Below are positions 1 through 12,061 of a stretch of 64,000 bases of DNA, piece by piece. Position numbers and translations under genes: made by a program. The first letter of the stretch is position 1. Each line of letters begins with the position of its first letter. The stretch is from NCBI GenBank assembly GCA_051313645.2, contig JBNRSN020000001.1:128774001-128838000 (forward strand). The letters are read 5' to 3'. The notes beneath the pieces were generated by a model. That model did no database searches and was not told the origin of the DNA. It saw only the letters and a list, made by a program, of their open reading frames with translations. Source of the stretch: Centroscyllium fabricii. Taxonomy: Eukaryota.

Positions 1-2800
1 AGCCACTGCATTCCATACTGTTTGGGAGGGAGTTCCAGGATTTTGACCCAGCGATGATGAAGGAACGCCGATATATTTCCATGTCAGGATTATGTGGAAC
101 TTGGAGGGGAGCTTGCAGATAATGGTGTTCCTATGCGCCTGCTACCTTCTAGGTGGTAGAGGTCACGGGTTTTAGGGGCGCTGTCAAGCCTTGGCGAGTT
201 GCTGCAGTGCATCGTGTAGATGCTACACATTATAGCCACGGTGCGCCAGCGGTGGAGGGAGTGAACGTTTAAGGTGAGGGATGGAGTGCCAATCAAGTGG
301 GCTGCATTGCCATGTATGGTGTAGAGCTTCTTGAGTGTTGTTGGAGCTGCACTCATCCAGGCAAGTGGAGAGTATTCCATCTCGCTCCGTGTGCCTTATA
401 GATGATGGAAAGGCTTTGGGGAGTCAGGAGGTGAGACACTCGCTGCAGAATGCCCAGTCTCTGACCTGCTCTTGTAACCACAGTATTTATGTAGCTGGTC
501 CAGTTACATATCTGGTCAATGGTGACCCCTCAGGATGTTGATGGTGGGGGATTTGACGATGGTAATGTCATTGAATGTCAAGAGGTGGTGGTTAGACTCT
601 TGTTGGAGATAGTCATTGCCTGGCACTTGTGTGGCACAAATGTTACTTGCCACTTACCAGCCCAAGCCTGAATGTCGTTCAGGTCTTGCTGCATATGGGC
701 ATGGACTGCTTTGTTATCTGAGGACTTACAAATGGAACTGAACACTGCAATCATCAGCAAACATCCCCATGTCTGACCTTCGGATGGAGGGAAAGTCATT
801 GATGAAGCAGCTGATGATGGTTGAGCCTAGGACTCTGCCCTGAGGAATACCTGCAGCAATGTTCTGGGGCTGAGATGATTGACCTCCAACAACCACAACC
901 ATCTTCCTTTGTGCTAGGTATGACTTCAGCTGGTGGAAAGTATTCCCCTGATTCCCATTGACATCAATTTTACTGGGACTCCTTGATGCCACACTCGGTC
1001 AACTGCTGCCTTGATATCAAGGGCAGTCACTCTCACCTCAGCTCTGGAATTCAGCTCTTTTGTTAATGTTTGGACCAAGGCTGTAATGAACTCTGGAGCC
1101 GAGTGGTCCTGGTGGAACCCAAACTGAACGTCGATGAACAGGTTATTGGTGAGCAAGTGCTGCTTGATAGCACTGTCGATGACACCTTCCATCACTTGGC
1201 TGATGATTGAGAGTAGACTGATGGCACGGTAAATGGCCGGATTGAATTTGTCCTGCTTTTTGTGGACAGGACATACCTGGGCAGTTTTCCACATTGTCAG
1301 ATAGATGACAGTATTGCAGTCATACTGGAACAGCTTGGCTAGAGGCATGGCTAGTTCTGGAGCACAAATCTTCAGCACGACTGCTGGGATGTTGTCGGGG
1401 GCCCACAGCCTTTGCTGTATCCAGTGCACTCAGTCATCTCTTGATATCATGTGGAGTGAATCGAATTGGCTGGAAAATGATGATGGAGACCCCAGGAGGA
1501 TCATCCACTCAGCACTTATATGCTTCAGCCTTGTCTTTTTGCATTCGCGTGCTGGGCTCTGCCACCATTAAGGATGGGGATATTCATGGAGCCTTCTCCT
1601 CCCATTAGTTGTTTAATTGTCCATCACCATTCATGACTGGATGTGGCAGGACTGCAGAGCTTTGATCTAATCCGTTGGTTGTGGGAACGCTTAGCTCTGT
1701 CTATAGCACGCTGCTTTCACTGTATAGCATGCATTTAGCCCTGTGTTGCAGCTTCCCCAGGTTGGCACCTCATTTTTAGGTATGCCTGGTGCTGTTCCTG
1801 GCATATTCTTCTGCACTCCTTATTGAAGCAGGGTTGGTCCCCTGGCTTGATGGTAATGGTAGAATGAGGGATATGTCAGGCCATGAGGTTGCAGATCATG
1901 GTAGAATACAATTCTGCTGCTGCTGATGGCCAACAGTGGCTCATGGATGCCCAGTTTTGAGCTGCTAGATCTGTTCTGAATCAATCCCATTTAGCACGGT
2001 GGTAGTGCCACACAACACAATGGAGGGTGTCTTCAGTGTAAAGACGGGACTTCGTCTCCACAAGGACTGTGTGGTGGTTATTGCTGCCAATGCTGTCATG
2101 GACAGATGCATTTACGACAGTTAGATGGGTGAGGATGAGGTCAAGTAGGTTGTTCCCTCGTGTTGGTTCTCTCACCACCTGCCATAGCCCCAGTCTGGCA
2201 GCTAGTCCTTCAAGACGAGGCCAACTTGGTCAGTAGTGGTGCTACCAAGTGACTCTTGGTAATGGACATTGAAGTCGCTCACCTAGAGTACATTCTGTGC
2301 CCTTGCTACCTTCAATGTTTCTTCCAAGTGGTGTTCAACATGGAAGAGTACTGATTCATCAACCGAGGTTGGGTGGTAATCAGCAGGAGATTTCCTTGCT
2401 CAGGCTTGACCTGAAGCCATGAGACTTTATGGGGTACGGAGTCAATGTTAAGGACTCCCAGGGCTAGCCCCTGCTGACTGTATACCACTGTGCTGCCATC
2501 TCTGGTGGGTCTGTCCTGCTGGTGGGCTGGACATACCTAAGGATGGTGATGGAGGAGTCTGGGACATTGGCTGAATGGTATGATTCTGTGAGGATAACTT
2601 GTCAGGCTTGTTGCTTGGCTAGTCTGTGGGACAGCTCTCCCAATTTTGGCTCCGGTCCCCAGATATTAGTGAGGAGGACTTTGCAGGGCCTACTGAGCTG
2701 GGTGTGCCATTCTTGTGTCCAAAGCCGATGCCAGGTGGTCCATCCGGTTTTATTCTTACTGTTTTTCGTAGTAGTTTGCTGGGCCATTTCAGAGGGCAGT
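1..2800 (-). mobile_element. Degenerate CR1/L2-group non-LTR retrotransposon (LINE family A), ORF2 APE endonuclease + reverse transcriptase
   Basis: Minus-strand ORF fragments in the order APE (KVLLTNIWG..., VREPTRGNNLLDLIL), RT (YRAISLLSIISQVME, QFGF, LDIKAAVDRVWH, GIPQGRVLG, MFADD) and C-terminus (MEYSPLAWMSAAPTTLKKL). Many stops and frameshifts. Same family as 24429-29190. Confidence 0.9.
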
Positions 2801-2804
2801 TAAC

Positions 2805-3260
2805 ACATTGTTCCTACCAAAGTGAATAACCTCACTTTCCCCCACATTATACTCCATCTGCCAACTTATTGATCCCTTTGCAGGCTCTTTGTGTTCTCCT
2901 CACAGCTTACTTTCCCACCTAGCTTTGAATTGTCAGCAAACTTGGATACACTACATAAGAACATAAGAAATAGGAGCGAGTGTAGGCCATTCGGCCTCTC
3001 CAGCCTGCTCTGCCATTCAGTAAGATCATGGCTGATCTTCTACCTCAACTCCACTTTCCTGCGCTATCACCATATCCCTTGATTCCCTTAATATCCAAAA
3101 ATCTACCAATCTCTGTCTTTAAATATACTCAACAACTGAGTATCCACAGACCTCTAGGGTAGAGAATTCCAAAGATTCACCAGCCTCTGAGTGAAGAAAT
3201 GTTTCATCTCAGTCCTAAATGGCCAAACCCTTATTCTGAGATACAGACCCCTGGTTCTAG
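2805..3260 (-). mobile_element. CR1 LINE fragments including a 3' end
   Basis: Typical CR1 3' tail read in reverse at about 2955 (acataagaacataagaaataggag...ggccattcggcc), preceded by a short RT fragment. Confidence 0.8.
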
Positions 3261-3261
3261 A

Positions 3262-4380
3262 CATCAGACATTAAGTGGAGCCCGTCCCAACGGAACAGCT
3301 CCCTTTCCCCAATACTGGTGCCAGTGCCCCATGAATCGAAACCCCTTCCTCCCACACCACTCTTTGAACCACGCATTTAACTCTCTGATTTGCTTGTCCC
3401 TGTGTTAATTTGTGCGTGGCTCAGGTAACAATCCAGAGATTATTACTTTTGAAGTTCTCTATTTTAATTTGGACCTTAGCTCCTCAAACTCTCTCAGCAG
3501 AACCTCATTCCTACTTCTACCTATGTCGTTGGTTCCTACGTGGACCATGACAACTGGATCCTCCCACTCCAAATTATCTGCGAGGGGATATACTTAACCC
3601 TGGCACTGGGCAGGCAACGCAGCCTTTAGAACTCCTGGTTGCAGCTGCAGAGAACAGTATCTATCCCCCTTACTATACTGTCCCCTACCACAAATACATT
3701 CCTTTTCGCTCCCCCCACTTGAATGGCCACCTGTGCAGTGGACAGTTTGCTCATCCACTTTGCAGACTCTACCCTCATCCAAACAGGCAGCAAGAACCTC
3801 ATACCTGTTGAATAAGGGCCAAGGCCGACGCTCCTCCAGCACAGCACCTTGGATCCCCTTACCTGCCTGAGTCGCAGTTGCACCCTCCTGTCCATGACCA
3901 CTAACCACACCTGTACTACTACCTAACCTAAGGGGTGTGACTGCCTCCTGGATCAAAGTGTTCAGGTAACCTTTATCCTCCCTGATGCTCTGCAATGTCT
4001 GCACCTCAGACTCCAGCTCAACAACCCTGAACTGAAGTTCCTCAAGATGCAGACACTTATTGCAGACGTGGTCATCTGGGATCACAGTGCTCTCCACAAA
4101 CTCCCACATGCTACAGTTGCAGCACACCACCTGATTTATGTTTTTAATTTAAAACATTTTTTATTTAATTAACTTAGCTTATAGATTAGTTTTTTTTAAA
4201 CTAATTACTTGATCTAGTTGAAGTTATAGGTGGATTAAATTAATTATTTACCCGTAACAGGAAGCACTACAAGCATTGGAGGCAAAAAGCAGCAGCTCCT
4301 TCTCCGCACCGAATTCCCATTCTCTCGATATTTGCAACCACAACACTTTGTTTAGAAGCACTCTGTTTAAAACCACTCTG
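3262..4380 (-). mobile_element. CR1 LINE 5' region with degenerate ORF1 (zinc finger, coiled coil, SGNH esterase)
   Basis: ORFs 3594-4130 (CCNCSMWE...HVCNKC..LEELQFRVVELE..LFNRYEVL) and 3626-3910 (VVGDSIVRGID, GDSL/SGNH motif), typical of CR1 ORF1. Confidence 0.85.
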
Positions 4381-4737
4381 TGCGTCAGCAGATACTGTTT
4401 ACTTATATGCTAGCTTTTGGGTGGGGTGGCCGGGGTTGGGCGCTGTCCACAGCACAGCCTGTTTCATCAAAGCCCATCTTCCACTCAAACTTGGATTCTA
4501 ACCATGTTCTCAGAGAATCTCTGGAAAGCATATTGGCATTTGTATTTGAAATTCATTCATAATTTGTTTTGTTTTTACATGTTTGAATTTAGAATGGCCG
4601 AATGAAATTGTTAGCTTGAATATCTCAAAATCTTTTTCATAATGGAAAAATTGTGTGGAAGAGATCTTTTATTTAAGGTGTTGTTGGAAGTGCCATGAGG
4701 TGGATACTAAGTTTCTTTTTGTCTCATCCTTATTTAG

Positions 4738-4862
4738 GTACTTACACAAAAAACTACAGAAGTGGAGTCTGGTTTCCATTGTTTCCAGCTGTATGTTTTA
4801 CAAATTTTGAAGATGTGGCAATATGCAAAGACAAGTATCGGACCCACAGTGATCGATTTTAG
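4738..4862 (+). CDS. Putative last coding exon of an unidentified host gene (xTYTKNYRSGVWFPLFPAVCFTNFEDVAICKDKYRTHSDRF*)
   Basis: Branch-like TACTAAG at about 4705, polypyrimidine tract and TTTAG acceptor at 4733-4737. A 40-codon open frame ends in TAG at 4860-4862 in non-repetitive DNA and is followed by AT-rich UTR-like sequence. Confidence 0.6.
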
Positions 4863-7155
4863 TTCCACAATGTACAGCGTAAAGAACTTTTTGTACATGT
4901 AATAATTACATTTTAACCCTGTTAATTAAAATTGTAGTACATTGTGCTATCATTTTGCTTTCTAGTATTATTCAACTGCAATATTCTGTACCCCTACAAA
5001 ACTTTGTTTTACTAACTTAATTTTAGGTTTGGCTTCCTTTTAAAAGCACTTTGTAAAATTGGACAGTTGATATAAAAGCTTATCATTTATGCAAGGGTGA
5101 TGCACCCATGTGCCTTTTCAAGATCTGGTCCGAAACAATACAATAGAAAAAATGTGAGGGTGGGAACTAGGGGAAAAGTTTAGGGAAGGTTTTGGAAAAT
5201 TTAAGATGTTGATTTAAAATGTCCCCTTTTTCCCTTTTAAGTACGTTTTAAAGACATTACATTCAGAGTTTAACAGTTTTGGCAATAAACCACAAGCTAA
5301 AATGTAGCTCAAATATTAAATTCTTAGTGTATAAAAACTAGTAGATTCAATTTGCTTTCAGATTATGTATTGCTAGTGTAATTATTAAATATTCAAAAAT
5401 ATTTGAAAGTCTGGTTTCAGTGCTAAGTTGAATTCTTTGCAGCTCCATTCCCTTCTTTCTTTCAAAAAAACATTTTTTTTTAAACTACAATTTTCAACAA
5501 TTTGGACTTGTACCAGTTTAGTTAGAGGAACGTACATTTACTCATTTATTCTATTGAATCTTTAGACATTCTGGGATGAAACAATCCCAAAGATTTGACT
5601 TTGAAAAGAGAAACTAGAAGAAAATGAAAGGCAAAAAAAAAATGGAAGTTAGTGAAATGTTGGGGCAGTAACATAGCTGTCATGGGTGAGTGGAGATTTG
5701 TACCCTTCAATAGGTAGTCACCTCATTCAATGATGAATGGTGAAAATATTTACAGGACCTTAAGTGTAGTTTATAAATTTAAAAACTAAATTCTTTGGTT
5801 ATGCCAGCTCACAGTACTTAATGACTGAACCTAATTGCATTGTGGTAATTTTGTGTTTGGTGGAAATGGCGCTTCTGGAACAAGAAATTGCACCCAAATA
5901 GATTTTTAATGCCTAGGACGTGATTTTTTAAAAATGTAAATGGTGCACCACAGATTTAGTGCTGCACACATCACTAAATATTGGTATGTTTTATGTGGAG
6001 CATAAACACCGGCAGAGACCAGTTGGGCCTAATGGCCTGTTTCTTTGCTGTAAATTCTATGTATTTGCTGCCCAGAAAGTACAAATATGCTTCAGCAAGA
6101 TGAACTTTACACCACCATTCTGGCAACCTCGGGGTGCATGAAATATTCTTAGTGCAAATATTTCCTGATTTACAGGACATTGTTTATTTGCCTAAACTTT
6201 TAATATATGTATAAAGCATATTGGGGTAAAAACTTGGTTGCTTTGCACCTCCCGTTGGCGCCCTCTTAGGGCGCTAACGGGGCACAAAGCAACTAGCGCC
6301 TGGACGCGGCACTGCCCACATCTCCTGCGAAATTCAGTGGGAGGTTTGTGGCGGCGCTAACTGGTAGCACCCTGCGGCACTGCACCGCCGGCGATGACAT
6401 CATTGCTGTGCGCAGCACCCCGGCTGCGACTCCTGACTTATCACCGAACGCTATGTCTGACGGGGTCAGGGGGGCCTACCTGCACCCAGGGAGGCGCTAT
6501 TTAAAGGCAAGGTGTGGGGCGGCCATTTTTGTTGCTGGCTGCCTGCTAGCACCTGCCTGCGCTCCCATCCCCAGCCTCCTGAACTTCCCTCCTCCGCGGT
6601 GTGCCGGCTGCGCTCCAAGAGCCTGGCGCTTCTCTTGAGTGAATGGCTCTTTTGCCGGCACTCCCAATCCCCGGGGGCCCAGCTGGGCCCTGGGTCACGC
6701 TGCGTAAGGCCCTTCCACTTTAAGAAGGGGAGGAAGTCCTGCAGTACCACAGCATGTAGCGCTGCGATATTCCCTCGCAGCGCCCCGCTTCCAACTTGGG
6801 GCACTACCACTCAATTTCTGTCGCAGGGGTGCTAATTGTTCCAGGATGTTAAAAGTAGTGCCCCGGCAAAGGTAGCACCCGAAATGGGGCGCTACTCAAT
6901 TTTTAGCCCATTATGTTGGATCATTTTTGTCAATTTAAATTGAGCCTTTTTATATACAATTACTTTTTAAAGTATTGTTGTATTAATTTTATTTTCTCCG
7001 GTTGCTTTGACATTTTCTTTACATTGAAGTGCTGACTTTTTAATTCAAGTTTCGTTATTCTAGTAACCTCTGTGGACGTGCGTTGTGCTTGTCTGTGAGA
7101 TCTGAGCTCCAACAAAAGTAAAACCATTCAAATAAAGGTTGTTGCTTTCAGTGCA
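4863..7155 (+). other. Putative 3' UTR with polyadenylation signal
   Basis: Unique AT/U-rich sequence after the stop codon. AATAAA at 7131-7136, followed by GT-rich sequence. Confidence 0.45.
6223..6909. mobile_element. PIF/Harbinger-type non-autonomous DNA transposon (MITE)
   Basis: Imperfect TIRs GGGGTAAAAA.../...AATTTTTAGCCC, 3-bp TSD ATT (6220-6222 and 6910-6912), GC-rich island in AT-rich flanks. Confidence 0.75.
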
Positions 7156-7899
7156 TCAGTACAGGCCATACATCTGAGTCTTAAGCACTTTGAGCCCCCA
7201 TCATGTCCTTGTGCAGAAATGTCTAATTCTCTGCCTTTTTTTAAAGGCACTTAACAATGCTGGTAATGGGTTTGGAAGTATGGATCTCACCCTCTGATAC
7301 CTATTACGAACAGTGGATGGTCTTACCACTCAATTGTTTTGAGCCTAGGGTTACCCAGTTTTATTTGATGCAGCATAATTTCACATAGCTTTCGTTTGTG
7401 ATTTATTGCACAAATTGTATTTAATTCTGGGTGCTCATGGCAGACTCGAAGGATGTAATAAATATGTTAGAGCCTGCATTAACAGCCACCTGAAGGCAGG
7501 CTGAATAGGATACCAACCCCATGCCCAGACTATAAGCAACTAATGCAGGCTTGCAGTGTCGGCAGATCGTTTTGCTTCCTCTCCTACCACTTCTTTCATT
7601 TGCTCCCCTTCAATTGTGACCCTTCACCCAGTGCCTCGTACTCAAACTCACTAACTGTTAGCTCTAGGATGCTCTTAAATGGACGGCAGGTGGTGTACTT
7701 GATGCAATATGCTGCAAGGGGCCATGCTCCGTGCTGCCACTCATACTTGCACCAGACTGGGAAACACTATAAGAAGGGAAAAGGATGAACATGTACAATG
7801 CATCATCAAGACAGTGCCTTCAAAATGAGGTAGGCCAATAGGCATTCTGAACGTCATGCAGCTGCTTAGTAAATGCAGCCCAAGTGGGAAGGCTAATAG

Positions 7900-9330
7900 T
7901 TATCACCATGCTTCCAAACTCATCCTTGCAAATCCCTTTCACAGCTCTTGGCTAAAAAGGACGAGGACCATCTCCTCATTGGATAAGCTGCTCTATTGTG
8001 TCCTGGTCTTCTCCTCGTGGTTGTCTGCAGCCTTTGTAAGCAGAACACGTAAAAATATAATACCAAATACCCCAAACAGCACCTACCTCCTGGGAATCCA
8101 AAAATTGGAGGTCAAATCTAAAGGTAATATTAGAAGTATTGTAAGTAATATGAGTGAAACAGTGATTCACTTCATACAATGGGAAAAATCTAGTCAACTA
8201 ACTGCTTATGAATTATGAGTATGTACTGTGATAAATTGAAGCAGAATAAATGTCCAGCATATAGTAAAAAAAATGAACCATTTTGCTGAAGAATGCAAAG
8301 CCAAAGCAAAACCAACCTCGTCAGACAAGCAAAGAACAAAGAAAATTCAAAGTGGAATATCCGTATGAGAGTAAGAATAATTCTAGTTTATGGCTGCAAT
8401 TTAGACAGGAAATGGCATTGAATGGATGGTCCCTTTGAAAATAAATGCCAGAACTTTTAAGTTTAAATTAGATATGGGAGTTTAGTGTTTCATGCCACAG
8501 TTATTTTATACGAAGTGAAGTACAAAATTGAGCAAATCTCTTGAAAACTATATGCTAGACTATAGCCATAGCATCAAGCTGATAGGAAAATATAAAGACA
8601 GATGTAAAAAGTAATTCTGGAACCATGAATGCAGCTTGTCCTTGGCCTTTGCGCATGCCAGTAGTTTGGACTGATCAAAGGCGCTAAAGTGGTCATTAAT
8701 GACAAATGCCCAAAAGTAATACACAAGTATGCTGATATGCTTAAGTCTAATGCACAGAAAAAAAGCAGAGATTCAACTAAAGCCAGATATTGAACCAATA
8801 TAGGGTGGGATATGTGTTGATGCAGGCTCGAGGGATATGGGGAGAGGGCAGGGGTGGGATACTGGGTTTGGATGATCAGCCGTGATCTCATTGAATGGCG
8901 GAGCAGGCTCGAATGGCCTACTCCTGCTCCTAGTTTCTATGTTTCAATCATATAACAAGAACAGTGCCAGGAACACTGCTTGATATGAGCAAGATCGAAT
9001 GGTGAAACTTGGTGCAATAAAGTCAAAGGACACCCTCACAGTACGACTTAAAGCTGAAGGAAACAAGGTGGAAGCAATCAAACGTGAGAAAAAAACAAGC
9101 AAGAAGCCCCCCAACACAATTTTGGCATAGTGAGCCATTCAGGCAAATTCCTGTCTCATTTGTCAGGTGTTGCAAAACTGCTAAGGAAGCTTTTTAAAGA
9201 TGTGGTAATGGTGTTGGACTTAGGTGTTGAAAACTCCAATCATACTTCTGACGATAGAAGCCAGTTCAGAAATACACTAAACAAGCTGGTGAAGATTGGT
9301 ATCAATACATCCAGTTCAGGAAAGAGCACA
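7900..9330 (+). mobile_element. Highly degenerate Gypsy gag-pol relic
   Basis: Decayed protease motif (TTTAAATTAGATATGGGA = FKLDMG, from FKLDTG) at about 8462 and an RT-thumb-like GKFLSHLS at about 9140. Confidence 0.45.
8800..8945 (+). mobile_element. 3' fragment of HE1-like V-SINE
   Basis: Reverse complement of the SINE tail seen at 26274-26430, ending in the CR1-derived tail ctcctgctcctagtttctatgttt. Confidence 0.75.
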
Positions 9331-9331
9331 G

Positions 9332-9597
9332 TATTACCACAGGAGGACGATCCCATAAAATATTACCACAGGAGGACGATCCCATAAAATATTACCACAG
9401 GAGGACGATCCCATAAAATATTACCACAGGAAGACTATCCCATAAAATATTACCACAGGAAGACGATCCATTAAAATCTTACATCAAGAGGACTATCCCA
9501 TAAAGTATAACGCCAGGAGGACGATCCCATAAAGTCTTATGCCAGGAGGACGAGCCCAAAACGTATTACGACAGGAGGACGATCCCATAAAGTCTTA
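9332..9597. repeat. 29-bp minisatellite, about 9 copies
   Basis: Unit TATTACCACAGGAGGACGATCCCATAAAA. The first three copies are identical and later copies diverge. Confidence 0.95.
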
Positions 9598-9648
9598 CTC
9601 ATGAGCACTTGCATCAACACAATACTGAAAAACTACGTCCCCGATATT

Positions 9649-10388
9649 GGCCCAGAAATTCGGGTTGGAGGCTTCCCGCGTGTGCAAGCCTCCAACCTGC
9701 ACTTACCTACTGCGCCGGCCGTTGAGCTGTGGGCCCGCATGGAATTCCAATGCGGGGCCTTACTCAACTGACGGCGCGCCACGCTCACGTATCCTAGCGG
9801 CAAAGATAGTGCGAGGGAACACGTGGGCCACGGAGAGCCAATCAGAGCACAGAATGCGCCATTCATAAGTTTGATGGGAAGACCTGTCAAAAGTATGAAT
9901 ACGACAAGCCCCAAAACATCACTAAATCTTCAAATAAATGTAAAAAAAATCACATTTTTTAAAATAACTACCAATTAAATTAAATAACTATTTTAAACAA
10001 TTTAAATTTTTGAAAAAATTTATTAGTTTTGAACGAGGCTAAAAATAAACTTACCTTTCTTTAAAGTATTTAAAAATAATAAACGTGTGGAAAAAATGTT
10101 TTAATTTGAATTAATTCACCACTTACCTTCTTAAAACCAGTCTTTGCACATTAAAATAGCAGCCGTAACTTTTTCATACTTAGCCGCACACAGAATCTTC
10201 CCCAAAAATCGGAAGTGCATTGCGTACACGCTCCTGCGCCCACGTTCTGACCCCTGAACCCTTCTGTCGGGATCGGAAGTGCCGGTTTCGCACGCATGCG
10301 CAGGGCATGCACGAAACCGCCACTTTGGATGGGCCTATGGGTGAGTACCCAGCGCGTACTCACGCATTGGGATCCGAATTTTTGACCC
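9649..10388. mobile_element. Harbinger-type MITE (same family as 34255-34992 and 43160-43574)
   Basis: TIRs GGCCCAGAAATTCGG / CCGAATTTTTGACCC, preceded by ATT. The subterminal GGAGGCTTCCC...GCCTCC block and the GCGCATGCGC/CCGGAACTT-like block are shared with the other copies. Confidence 0.75.
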
Positions 10389-10620
10389 ATAAATTCAGAG
10401 ACGCAGGGGGGGGGGATGTGAGTCTGATATTGTGTAGGAATTCGGGAAGTAAGTTCAGTGCGTCTGGCTTTTAAACTCGGCCAGCTCATTATCATTTTAC
10501 TTCCAGGTTTTGCGTCCTGTGCACGGCATGATGAGGACCCACATGATGCAATCTCAATTCCAGTATTTAAAGTGCCAATCGGAAGATGGAGTCGGGAGGA
10601 AGAGAAGAGGAATTGTGATA

Positions 10621-11320
10621 ATGGATTCCGGATGGTCAAAGGCTGCACTGCGGTTCCACGACGCCTTGGTTGATGTGCTGCTGTGGTCAGTGAGGAGCTG
10701 AAGAGAGATACTCTTCCCTAGCAATGGGAGGAAGAAACCTGCTGATTACACCAAGAAGGCGTGACTGGAGGTGGCCCAGGATGTCAACAGCAGGAGCATT
10801 GTGCCATGCTCATGGATTCAGTGCAGGAAGTGCTTTAATGGCCTAACCAGGTCAGGAAAGGTGAGTACAGTTGCATATTCACTAACATCCTGATGTGTGT
10901 ATCACCCCACCCACTTACTCTGCCTTAGCAAGCTTATTCCATCACATCGCTCCTCACACCCACTTACCTTGCACGCTCACCCATCCTTCTCTTCCTATGC
11001 ACTTCCTCACATCCCCAACTATCCATGAACCACTGCCACTCGCCCTCATCCTTGTGCAGTTTCATGCCTCTCCCTGATAGTCACCCTCACCAAATGCACT
11101 CCATCCAATGGGTGAACACATGCCATTGCAGTCATTCATAGTTCTGTTCTTTTCTCCTGTTGCAGGGGGAGACAGTACAGAACACCAGAGAGAGGGAGAG
11201 AACCAGAGGTGGGCCTATACAGATCTTACAGCTCACAACTGCAGATGAGGAGGCACTGGAGATCAATGGCATTTCAGCATCCCTCTCTGTCAGAGATGGG
11301 GAGCTCCCAGCTACTTGGTG
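10621..11320 (+). pseudogene. Harbinger Myb/SANT-like (trihelix) DNA-binding protein gene, spliced, inactivated
   Basis: Exon 10621-10860 reads MDSGWSKAALRFHDALVDVLL...EILFP...KKA*LEVAQDVNSRSIVPCSWIQCRKCFNGLTRSGK with 2 stops, then a GTGAGT donor at 10861. After the acceptor TGTTGCAG at 11165 the frame reads GETVQNTRERERTRGGPIQILQLTTADEEALEI. The element probably continues to about 12060 and resumes at 14900-15285. Confidence 0.8.
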
Positions 11321-12061
11321 ACACAATTAAATACCAGCGACCCTGGTTAGGCAATTAAAGCACTTCCTGCAATGAATCCAGGAGCTTGGCACAATGCTCC
11401 TGTTGTTAACCTCCTGGGCCACCTCCATATGGCACTCAGTCATGTCGATTTGATTTTAACAGCGAGTGAAATATAATCATCTACATAATGATAAGTAGCA
11501 ACATTCATATCTTGCCAGTACTTAATCATACCTTTTATCTCCAACAGAGCCTTCACGTGTGCAGCAGAAATCAGTGGAGGTGTCAGAGGAGCTGAGTCAT
11601 TCTGAGGGTGCACCGTCATAGGACTCATGCATACTCACACTCTGGTGGGACCAGTTAGACAGGTAATTGGGTTTTCACCTGGTGACACTGCACAAGTGAG
11701 CAAGAGCAGATAGTGATGGCAGGGACACTAGTGGAGAGTCCACATTGGAGGGCACAGCCCTCTCCAGGCTCTGCTCAGCTGGACACAGATGCTGTACCAC
11801 GGGGGCCGTTGATGAAAAGGAGAACCATTGAGCAGAAGCAGATAATGTGTGATGCAGTGGTAGGCTCACTATGATTCAGAAAGAATGGAGGAGATTGCGT
11901 CAAGCTTGAGTGGGTTAATGTCGCAAGGCATTGATATGATCTGTTCTTCCATTGATAGAGTGCCCAGCTCCATGGAACATCAAAAGCTGCAATCAAATGA
12001 GCCCATGTGTGCCTTGAACACGACTCTGCACACTTGACGCCAACATGTCCGCCATATTAAA

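Noticed and set aside
6348-6835. Overlapping ORFs and a CpG island as a host promoter or gene
   Set aside because: They lie wholly within a TIR/TSD-bounded MITE.
9332-9597. CRISPR-like 29-bp repeats
   Set aside because: The units are head-to-tail with no unique spacers, there are no cas genes, and the context is eukaryotic.
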